This document shows, one piece after another, positions 53,401 through 64,000 of a stretch of DNA of 64,000 nucleotides. The stretch covers positions 100,752,001-100,816,000 of the forward strand of contig NC_086108.1 of the NCBI RefSeq assembly GCF_963921235.1, written 5' to 3'. How positions within the stretch are numbered: position 1 is the stretch's first letter; every line of letters starts with the position of its first letter. The notes beneath the pieces are model-generated. The model searched no databases. It was not told the origin of the DNA and saw only the letters and a list, made by a program, of their open reading frames with translations. The stretch comes from Mobula hypostoma (Eukaryota). Position numbers and translations under genes: made by a program.

Positions 53401-56400
53401 ATTATACAGTTTAATATGTGCCTAAGGAGTAGGAGGGAGGGTATAAGATTTTTGGATACTTGGGCTCTCTTCCAGGGAAGGTTGAACCTGTACAGAAGAG
53501 ATGGTTTGCACCTGAACTGGTGGAGGACTGGTATCCTAATGGGAAGTTTGTTAATGCACACTGTGTGGGTTAAACTAGAGTTGCAGGGCGATGGGAACCA
53601 GAGTGCCAGAAAAGTTAGTGGAGAGGTTGTGGAGGCACATGATGGTAAGACCTCAAACTAAGTTAGGAATCAAAACGTTGAGCATGGTGTGGCTGAGCTA
53701 CATACATTTCAAGGCAAGAAGTATCGTAGGAAAGGTGGATACTAGTGCTGAAGATAAGGTAGCTGGCCTACAAACAGAGGCAATGTGTTGTGAGGAGAGG
53801 CTCTCGATAGGTCAAAATTGCAGTCAACAGGATGAGTTGCAATGTGAAAGGTGGACAAAATCAAAAAGAGTGAATACAGGACTGAAAGTGTTCTGTTTGA
53901 ATGTGCACAGAATATGGAATAAGGTAAATGAACTTGCAGCACAGTTGCAGATTGGCAGGCATGATGTCGTAAGCATCACTGAATAATGGCTGAAAGAAGA
54001 TTATAGCTGGTAGCTCAATGTCCAAGGATATATATTGTATTGAAAGGACAGGCGGGAAGGCAAAGGGAGTGGCATTGCTCTGTTGGTTAAAAATGAAACA
54101 AAATCATTAGAAAGAGGTGACATAGGGTCAGAAGATGTTGACTCATTGTGGATAGAGCTAAGGAACCGCAAGGGTAAAAATTCCCTGATGAGAGTTGTAA
54201 ACAGACACCCCAAACAGTAGTAAGGATGTGGCCTACAAATTACAATGGGAGTTAGAAAATGCATGCCAAAAGGGCAATATTCCAGTGGTCATGGGGGACT
54301 TCAAAATGCAGGTAGATTGGGAAAATCAGGTTGGTGCTGGATCACAGGAGGGGAAATTTCTAGAGTGTCTATGAGATGGCTTTTTAGAGCAGCTCATGGT
54401 TGAGCCCACTAGAGGATCAGCTATTCTGGGTTGGGTGTTGTGCAGTGAATCAGAATTAATTAGAGAGCTTAAGATAACAGAATCCTTAGGGGCAAGTGAT
54501 CATAACATAATTGAATTCAGCCTGAAATTTGAGGAGAATCTAAAGTCAGATATATCAGTATTACAATAGAGTAAAGGGAATTACAGAGGAGTTAGCCAGA
54601 ATTGATTGAAAAGAACACTGGCAGGATTGATATGCAGAGCAGCAATGGCTGGAATTTCTGGAAACAATTCGGAAGGCACAGGATATATAAAGAGGAAGAA
54701 GTATTCTAAAGGAAAGATGACACAACCATGGCTAATAAGAGAAGTCAAAGCCAACATAAAAGCCAAAGAAAGGATATATAATAGAGCAAAAATTAGTGAG
54801 AAGCTAAAGGTTCAGGAGGCTTTTAAAAACCAACAGGAGGCAACTAAAAAGTCATTAAGAAAGTAAAGATGGAATGCAAAAGTAAGCTAGCCAATAATGT
54901 TAAAAATGATACCAAAAGTTTCTACAGATACATAAAGGGTAAATGAGAGGCAAGAGTGGATATCGGACAGCTGGAAAATGATGCTGGAGAGTCAAGTAAT
55001 CCTGTTGACTGCAATTTTGACCTACCAAGAGGTAGTAATGGGGGCCAACATAATGGCAGATGAATTGAATGAGTATTTCGCATCAGTGTTCACTGTGGAA
55101 GATGGTGGAAGTACCAGGTGTCAGAGGTCATGAAGTGTGTAAAATTACCATAACTTGAGAGACATTTCTTGGGAACCTGAAAGGTTTGAAGGTAGCTAAG
55201 TCACTGGTACCAGATAGTGTACACTCCAGCGTTCTGAAAGAGGTGGCTAAAGAGATTATGGAGACATTAGTAATGATCTTTCAAGAATCACTAAATTCTG
55301 GAAAGGTTCCAGAAGAATGGAAAATTTCAAATGACATTCCACTCTTCAAGAAAGGAGAGAGGCAGTAGAAAGGAAACCACGGGCCAATTCGTTTAACTTC
55401 AGTGGTTGGGAAGATGTTGGAGTCAATTGTCAAGGATGAGGTGTCAGGGTACTGAGGTACATGATAAAATAGGTTGTAGTCAGCATGGTTTCCTCAAGGG
55501 AAAATCTTACCTGACAAATCTGTTGGAATTCTTTGACAAAATAACAACTAGGATAGGCAAAGGAGAATCGGTTGATGTGTACTTGGATTTTCAGAAGGCC
55601 TTTGACAAGGTGTCACATGTAAGGCTGTTTAACAAACTACTAGTCCATGGAGTTACAGGAAAGATTCTAGCATGGATAAAGCAGTGGTTGACTGGCAAGA
55701 GGCAAAGAGTGGGAATTAAGGGAACATTTTCTGGTTGGCTGCCAGTGACTAGTGGTATTCTACTGGGGTCTGTGTAGGGACCAGTTATTTTTATGTTTAT
55801 GTCAATGATTTGGATGATGGAATTGATGGCTTTGTTGCAAAGCTTGCGGATGATATGAAGATAGGTGGAGGGGCAGGTCATTTTGAGGAAGTAGTGAGGC
55901 TACAGAACTTAGATAAATTAAGAGAATGGGCAAGGAAATGGCAGTTGGAATATAGTGTCTGGAAGTATATGGTCATACAGTTTAGTAGAAAAAATGAAAG
56001 ATTGACTATTTTCAAAATGGAGAGAAAATACAAAAAAAAACAGAGGCACAAAGGGAATTGAGAGGACTTGTGCAGGGTTACCTAAAGGTTAATCCGCAGG
56101 TTGAGTCTGTGGTGAGGAAGGCAAATACAAAGTTTGCATTCATTTCAAAAGGACTAGAATATAAAAGCAAGGATGTAATATTGAGACCTTATAAATCACT
56201 GGTGAGGTTTCACTTGGAGTATTGTGAGCCATTCTGGATCCCTTATCATAGAAATGGAGAAGGTTCAAAGGAGGTTCATGTAAATGATTCCAGAATTAAA
56301 GGCTTGTCATATGAAAGGCGTTTGATGGCTCTGGGCCTGTATACACTAGAATTTAGAAGAATAAGGGGTGACCTCATTGAAACCCATCAAATGGTGAAAG

Positions 56401-56757
56401 GTCTTGATAAAATGTATGTAGAGCGGGAGTTTCCTATGATGGAAGAGTCTAGGACCAGAGGACATAGCCTCAGAATAGAGGGGTGTCCCTTTAGAATGGG
56501 AATGAGGAGGAATTCCTTTAGCCAGAGAATGGTGAATCTATGGAATTCTTTGTCACAGGCTGTCATGGAGGCCAGGTCTTTATGTATATTTAAGGCAGAG
56601 ATTGATAGATTCTTGGTTGTTCAGAACATGAAGGGATATGGGGAGAAGGCAGGAGACTGGGGCTGAGATGGAAAATGCATCTCCCTGATTGAAAAGGTGG
56701 AGCAGATTTGATTGGCCAAATAGCCTAATTCTTGTTCCTATATCTTATGGTCTTATA
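50490..56757 (+). mobile_element. Near full-length decayed CR1 LINE (ORF1 Zn-finger/esterase, ORF2 EN+RT) interrupted by a younger CR1
   Basis: ORF1 CSCEMW...CEK near 50660, HIDTNNMG near 51175, esterase piece 53315-53600, EN from about 53880, RT 55186-56666, and a (tcttatgg) tail. Confidence 0.87.
51228..53314 (-). mobile_element. Young 5'-truncated CR1 with an uninterrupted 655-aa ORF2 segment (complete RT domain)
   Basis: ORF 51314..53281 has all RT motifs (YRPVSLTS, QHGF, YLDFQKAFD, PQGSVLGP, FADD); (catagaaa)x3 tail. Confidence 0.95.
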
Positions 56758-58119
56758 GGAATAAACAGCCGATTGTCCTGATGAAGGCTCTCAGTACAAA
56801 ACATCGACCCTTTATTCCTGTCCTTAGATGCTGCCTGACCTGTTGAGTTCCTCCAGCATTTTGTTTGTGATACTCTGTATTTCCAGCATCTGTGGAATCT
56901 CTTGTGTTTATGTATAATGTATATTGTATCTGCTGCAGTGTATTGAGCACTTCTTTGTGGTGGATTTAGCTGTCTATATACTGTAAAAAACTGTAAAAAA
57001 AAAAAAAAAATCCGGTTATCCAAATCCCTTCTGGACAAAATTACTTCATTTTTGTTAGTTTTGAAAAAATTACCTTGCAAAGTTTTTTCAATTCTCTATT
57101 GTCCTGAAGGCTTTAATTGATTGCTAGCCCAGAGCTCTAAATGTAGATGTTACCCTCTCCTCAAGGCTCGTCAGAATATTATCAGTGATGAGTGAATTTG
57201 GATTTATATAACGCCTTTCTTAGTATCAGTATGTTCCAATGTGATTTAAATCTCATGAAATCAGTGTTGTGGAACAGCCAAACAGCAGGCAGATTGTGTA
57301 CAAGCTTCCACTAATAGTAATATCATCATAGGAACGTTATTGGAAAGGACAGGATTAAATTGCATTTAGAAAGAGAGATTAATTTAGAACTGCCAACATG
57401 GTTTTGATAAGGTGTAATCCTGTATGACTAATGTGACTGAATTTTTCTAAATTCTAAGGAAGTGTGTTGATGAATTGAGGTGGACTTCACTAAGGCCTTT
57501 GATACGTTCCCACATGAGAGACTGGTCCAGAAAGCAAGTGCCCATATAATCTGAGCAAGTTGATAACTGGATCCAAAATTGGCTTGGTGATAGGAGGCAG
57601 AAGGTAATGATTGAGGCTTGCTATTGCATTGGAAGTCTGTGACCAGTAGCTAGCATACCACAGGGATTAGCAGTTTGATTCGTGGTAACTGTTATTCGAA
57701 TGTTAATGGGGGGAATGATTAGTAAGTCAATGGCACAGAAATTGGTGATGCTGTTGATGATGAGAAGAGTAGACTTTGATTTCCATCATGTTGGTTCTGG
57801 AATAATTAAACTTTAGAAGAATGGACACTCAGCACTGCATCCTCCCTTGTACATAGTCAATGGAGTGTCTTGTGCATCTCCTGGCTGAGACATTAGACTT
57901 CCACCAACAGAGCCACAGCTCACATTGGAGCTACTTATGGAGATAATGACATTAGTGATAAATACAGAACCTCATTTTATTATCGTCTCAAATCTCCACG
58001 TGCACTAACGTTCAGAGAGGGAGCCTGTTTTGCGTGTGGTTATCTCCCTCTGTTCCTTATATCTTGCTTCCTTAATCAAAAGGCGCTTGAATGCAGTTGC
58101 ATCCCTGATGATCCCATGG

Positions 58120-58595
58120 CTTTCAATGTAGATAGCATTCTAACCGGTTGCATCACTGTCTGGTATGGAGGGGCCACTGCGCGGAATCGGAAAAAGCTGC
58201 GGAAAGTCATAAACTGAGCCAGCTCCATCGTGTGCACCAGCCTCCCAGTACCGACACCTTTGAAAGGTGATGCCTTACAAAAGGGCAGTGTCCGTCCTTA
58301 AGGACCCTGTCACCCAGGACATACCCTCTTCTCATTGCTACAATCAAGGAGGAGTACAGGAACCTAAAGACACACACTCTACATTTTAGGAACAGATTTC
58401 TAAATGGACAATGAATCCATGAACACGACCTCAGCATTTTCCCCCTCTTTCTGCACTACTTTTTAAAATTAATTTTTATATCTACTTCTTATTGTATACG
58501 ACATAATTTATTGTTATGTATTGCAATGTACTGATGTGCAAGACAATGAATTTCATGACATATGCCGGTGATATTAACACTGTTTCTGATTTAGA
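58120..58595 (+). mobile_element. Rex1/Babar-type 3' fragment
   Basis: gcatcactgtctggtatgga...cacccaggacataccctcttctca, the same family tail as 12530-13000. Confidence 0.65.
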
Positions 58596-59959
58596 GCAAA
58601 GGTCAAACTGTCATCTCCTGCACAGAGGGACTTAGTCACCTGTTATGTCTAAGGTATCAGAGGTAATGAGGTTTGGGGTCAATAAGTTTTCTAAAATGAA
58701 AATTAATTACTCAAGACTTTCAAACTGGTCCCACAGTTACTGCATTATATATTGGAAAACTCCTTCAACTTACAACATAAATTATGAACTATTTAATTAA
58801 AGCAATAACATTGTGCACTAAAGCATTTTTTTGAAGACACAATTATCAGTCAAGCTTGCATGCAAAGCTAAATGTGCAAATCCTTAAACTGTTTCTTCAT
58901 TGATTAAACCTTTAATTATATTTGTTGATATTTATAATAGAATATTGCAGAGGATCTTATTCTTAAATAAAGTCTGGTGGTATTTTATTGCCCTGTTTCC
59001 ATCCTTTTAACTGTTCAGAGCTGATGATTTGGTAAGAGTGGTGATTTTTTATTTGGTATAATTGAAGATTCATTGCATTAACGCTCAATATATTTGATGG
59101 AACAAGTTGTAAGTGTGCATCCTTTGGATAAAAGCTGCTAAACCCTGTTCACTTTCCCCTTTAGCTTGTCTTTGGCTTCACAAGCTTACACATTTTATTT
59201 CACGTACGTATTTTCTACATATAGTTCAGACAAGGGCAGAATTCTAGGCAATAGACAGAAGAGTAGTTCTGAACAATACATTGCTAGCCATTCACAGCAT
59301 GATCTTAATTTTACCACACAAAATGTAGGTTCCTACGTACAAAAGGACATAAAGTGTAGAACACTACAGCACAAAACCACGCCTTCAGTCCACAATGTCC
59401 ATGTGGTCCTGATGTCAACTGAAACTAATCTCATCTGCCTTCACATGATCCATACAGAGTCGCAGAGAGGTACAGTACAGAACCAGACTCTTCAGCCCAT
59501 CTGGTCAGTGCCAGACCGTTTAAACGGCCTACTTCCATCAACCTCCACTGGGACTATAGACCTCCATACCCCTACCATCCATGTACCTATCCAAATACCT
59601 TTAAAAGTTGTAATCAAACTTGCATGTACCATTTATGCTGGCAGCTCTCATAACTCTAAGTAAGCAAGTTTCCCCTTATGGTCCCCTTAAACTTTTCACC
59701 TTTCACCCTTAACCGATGACCTCTGGTTGTAGTTCCACCTAACCTTAGAGGGAAAATGCCTGCTTGCATTTACTCTATCTATACCCTTCATAATTTTGTA
59801 TGCCTTTAACAAATCTCTTCTTTATCTTCTACATTCCAAGGAATACAGTCCTAAACTATTCAAACACGAGGAAATGTGCAGATGCTGGAATTTCAAGCAA
59901 CACAGATAAAAGTTGCTGGTGAACGCAGCAGGCCAGGCAGCATCTATAGGAAGAGGTAC

Positions 59960-59995
59960 AGTCGACGTTTCAGGCCGAGACCCTTCGTCAGGACT
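59960..59995 (-). ncRNA. Minimal type I hammerhead ribozyme motif in a pLTR
   Basis: Minus strand reads AGUC CUGACGA A GGGUCUCGGCCU GAAAC GUC GACU. Confidence 0.7.
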
Positions 59996-60725
59996 AACTG
60001 AAGGAAGAGCTAGTAAGAGATTTGAAAGTGGGAGGGGGAGGGGGAGATCCAAAATGATAGGAGAACCCAGGAGGGGGAAGAGATGGAGCTAAGAGCTGGA
60101 CAGGTGATTGGCAAAAGGGATAGGAAAGGATCATGGGATGGACGGGAGGTTTAGGGAGAAAGAAGGGGGGGGGAGCCCAGAGGATGGGCAAGGAGTATGG
60201 TGAGAGGGACAGAGGGAGAAAAAGGAGAGAGAGAAAAAAAATTATTAATAAAAATAAAAGATAAATAAATAACGGATGGGGTACGAAGGGGAGGTGGGGC
60301 ATTAATTGAAGTTAGAGAAGTCAATGTTCATGCCATCAGGTTGGAGGCTACCCAGACGGAATATAAGGCGTTGTTCCTCCAACCTGAGTGTGGCTTCATC
60401 TTGACAGTAAAGGAGGCTGTGGATAGACATATCAGAATGGGAATGGGACGTGGAATTAAGATGTGTGGCCACTGGGAGATCCTGCTTTCTCTGTCTGCCA
60501 CGGCCTCCTCTACTGTCAAGATGAGCCATCTTCTGGGCTCCCCCCCCCCGTCCCCTTTCTTTCTCCCTAGGCCTCCTGTCCATCCCATGATCGTCTCATA
60601 AACCTTTTGCCAATCAACCTTCCAGCTCTTAGCTCCACCCCTTCCCCTTCCTGTCTTCTCCTATCATTTTAGATCTCCCCCTCCCCCTCCCACTTTCCAA
60701 TCTCTTACTATCTCTTCTTTCAGTT

Positions 60726-60761
60726 AGTCCTGATGAAGGGTCTTGGCCCGAAACGTCAACT
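60726..60761 (+). ncRNA. Minimal type I hammerhead ribozyme motif in the inverted pLTR
   Basis: AGUC CUGAUGA A GGGUCUUGGCCC GAAAC GUC AACU, with one helix I mismatch. Confidence 0.62.
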
Positions 60762-62019
60762 GTACCTCTTCCTATAGATGCTGCCTGGCCTGCAGCGTTC
60801 ACCAGCAATTTTTATGTGTGTTGCTAAACTATTCAATCTTTCCTCATAACTCAGGCCCTACATATCCCTCCATTCTCTTCACATTCCCATGTCTAATTGC
60901 CTCTTAAATGCCACTGCATTCCGCCACCACCCCTAGCAGCACTTTCAAGACACCCACCACTCTCTGTGTAAGAAATTTGCCCCACACATCTTCCTTAAAC
61001 TTTCCCCCTCTCACCTTAAAGCTATTTTAAAGACATTTCTACCCTGGGAAAGAGACTACCTATCTTATCTCTGTTTCTATCATTTTATAAACCTCTATCA
61101 GGAAATAAACTTTGATCAGCTAAACATTCTACAAGCAAAAGCAGAGAAGGAAGTTCTTCCACAGCAGTCTTTCCTTCACTTGGGGCAATAACATCACATG
61201 TGTTTTGGGTCAGAATATGCCTGATGATATCAAACTGGGTGGCAGTGCAGATTGTGAGGAGCACCCTCTATCCAAAAGGGCCTTGGAGTTCAGTCATTGG
61301 GAGCTATATTTTTGGTATTAAGGGAAATCAGTAGTTTAAAGATTAATGCAGGAAAGTGGATGCCCAGGTGAAAGATCAGCCATATTCTTAGAACATAGAA
61401 CACAGAGTAAGAGTAAGAACTTCAGGTTGTATGTTGTATACATTCTCTGATATTAACTGGAACCATTGAACACTACAGCTCAGTATGGGCCATTTCAGCC
61501 ACTGATGGTGTGCTGACCTTTTAACCTACTCCAAAATCAGTCTAACGCTTTCCATGTCCTGCATGGCCATAATTTTTTCTATCATCCAAGTGCCTATCTA
61601 ACAGCTTTTTAAATGTGCCTAATGTATCTACTTCCACCACCCATGGAAGTGCATGCCATGCACCTACCAATCTCTGCATTAAAAAAAATCTCTGACATCC
61701 CCTTATACATTTCTCCAATCATCTTAAAATTATGCTGTCTTAGCTAGGAGAATGTCTCTGGCTGTTCAATCTACCTCTGCCTCACATCATCTTCTACACA
61801 TCAATCAAGGCACTTTGCATCCTCCTTTACTTCAAAGAGAAAAGCCCTAGCTTGGTCAAACTATCCTCAAAAGGACATGTCTCTAGTGAAATCAGCATCG
61901 TGGTAAACCTCCTCTGCACCTTCTCTAAGGATGCATTAATGGAAGTTAGGCAAATAACTGAAGGAAGAGCTAGTAAGAGATGAGGAAATAATATTCTTAT
62001 TGGTTGATGGAGCAAGAGC

Positions 62020-64000
62020 ACAAGAACATAAGAACATTAGAAATAGGAGCAGGAGTAGGCCATTTGGCCCGTCAATAAAGTCATGGCTGATTTGGTCATG
62101 GACTCATCTCCACCTATCTGCCTTTTGCCTATAACCCTTAATTCCCCTACTGTGCAAAAATCTATTCAACCTTGTCTTAAATATATTTACTGAGGTAGCT
62201 TCCACTGCTTCATTGGGCAGAGAATTCCACAGATTCACCACTCTTTGGGAAAAGCAGTTCTTCCTCATCTCTGTACTAAATCTACTCCTCCCAAATCTTG
62301 AGGCTATGTCCCCTAGTTCTAGTCTTACCTACCAGTGGAAATAACTTTCTTGCCTCGATCTTATCTATCCCTTTCATAATTTTATATGTTTCTATAAGAT
62401 CTCCTCTTGTTCTTTGAATTCCAGTGAATACAGTCCCAGGCGACTCAATCTCTCCTCATAGTCTAATCCCCTCATCTCTGGAATCAACCTGGTGAACCTC
62501 CTCTGCACCACCTCCAAAGCCAGTATATCCTTCCTCAAGTAAGAAGACCAGAATTGCATACAGTACTCCAGGTGCAGCCTCACCAGTACCCTGTACAGTT
62601 GCAGCATAACCTCCCTGCATTTAAATTCAATCCCTCTAACAATGAAGGCCAACATTCCATTTACCTTCTTGATAGCCTGTTGCACCTGCAAACCAATCTT
62701 TTGTGTTTCATGCACAAGCACTCTCAAGTCCCTCTGCACAGCAGCATGTTGCAATTTTTAACCATCTAACTAATAATCTGCTCTTTCATTTTTCCTTCCA
62801 AAGTGGATGAGCTTGCATTTACCAACATTGCACTCCATCTGCCAGACTCTTGCCCTTTCGCTTAACCTACCTATATGTCTGCAGACTCTCCATACCTTCT
62901 GCACAATTTGCTATCCACTCAATTTAGTATCATCAGTAAACTTAGATACACTACACTCAGTCTCCTCTTCCAGATTGTTAATGTATATCATGAACAGTTG
63001 TGGCCCTGAACCCTGCAGCACACTGCTCACCCCTGATTGCCAACCAGAGTAACACCCTTGTATCCCAACTCTCTGCTCTCTATTGGTTAACTAATCCTCT
63101 ATCCATGCTAATTTTCTATGCATCCTTATCTTATGGATAAGTCTTTAATGCAGCATCTTATCGAACGCCTTCTGGAAATCTAAGTAAATAACATCCATCT
63201 ATTCCCCTATATCCATTGCGCTCATTATATTCTCAAAGAACTGCAGTGAGCTTGTCAAACAGGACCTGCCTTTACTGAATCCATGCTGCATCTCCCTGAT
63301 GGACCCATTTCTTTCTAGATGCCTCGCTATTTCTTCTTTAATGATAGATTCAAGCATTTCCCCAAAAACAAATGTTAAACCTATAGTTACCTGCCTTTTG
63401 CTTACATCCTATTTTGAACAGTGGCATGATATTCATTGTCTTCCAGTCCACCGGGACCTGCCCAGAGTCCAGAGAACTTTGGTAAATTATCACCAAAGCC
63501 TCTACTGTAACTTCTGCCATTTCTTTCAGTACCCTGGGATGCATTCCATCAGGACCAGGGGACTTGTCTATCTTCACGCCCACAAGTTTGCTCAGTACTA
63601 CCTCTTCAGTGATAGATATTGTATTGAGATCTTCACCTCCCATCACATCCATAAAATCTCTCTTTGGCATGTCAGATGTGTCCTCCACCGTGAAAACCAA
63701 TACAAAATAGTCATTCAAAGCTTCGGACATTTCCTCATTACCCAATATCAATTCCCTTTTCTCATTCTCCAAGGGACCTACGTTGACTTTAGCCACACTT
63801 TTTTCTTTATATAATTAGACAAATTTTTACTATCATTTTTATATTTTGTGCTAGTTTATTTTCATAATATTGCTTCTCTTTCTTTATTACTGTGGTTCTT
63901 TTTTGCTTTTTAAAGTTTTCCCCATCTTCCAGTTTCCCATTACTCTTGGTGACTTTGTATGCATGAGCTTTTAGTTTGATGGCTTCTTTTATTTCCTTAG
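62020..64000 (-). mobile_element. CR1 LINE ORF2, decayed, running off the window end
   Basis: ORFs 62392..62754 and 63350..63796 (KSPGPDGMHPRVLKE); cataagaa tail. Confidence 0.9.

Larger units (their letters stand above)
59864..60823 (-). mobile_element. Penelope-like element insertion: GIY-YIG 3' end flanked by inverted pLTRs
   Basis: 13-bp TSD CTAAACTATTCAA (59851-63, 60824-36). ORF 60302..60583 reads PVATHLN...RLEEQRLIFRLGSLQPDGMNIDF. About 300-bp arms are reverse complements. Confidence 0.85.

Overview
Eukaryotic (vertebrate) genomic DNA that is very rich in transposons. The repeat mix (CR1, Rex1/Babar, RTE, Penelope-like elements, tRNA-type SINEs) suggests a cartilaginous fish, probably a ray; this is inference. 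The only host gene I can support is the 3' half of SELENOF (Sep15) on the + strand. It has three short exons (23445-23508, 30855-30904, 34000-34131) that the ORF track does not call in the correct frame, an in-frame TGA selenocysteine codon (23478-23480), a form-2 SECIS with a non-canonical GUGA core (34467-34536) and a poly(A) signal (34610-34615). I did not find the upstream exons, which probably lie before base 1. Nearly all long ORFs in the track are retroelement RT/EN/esterase fragments or their antisense shadows. Notable structures are Penelope-like repeats carrying minimal hammerhead ribozymes (one insertion has inverted pLTRs and a 13-bp TSD), a solo LTR with a 4-bp TSD, an internally deleted Tigger, a 5'-inverted RTE, multi-layer nested insertions and a possible HDV-like ribozyme remnant. 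I see no convincing evidence of a wholly new biological system. Repeat boundaries are approximate unless TSDs or termini are quoted.
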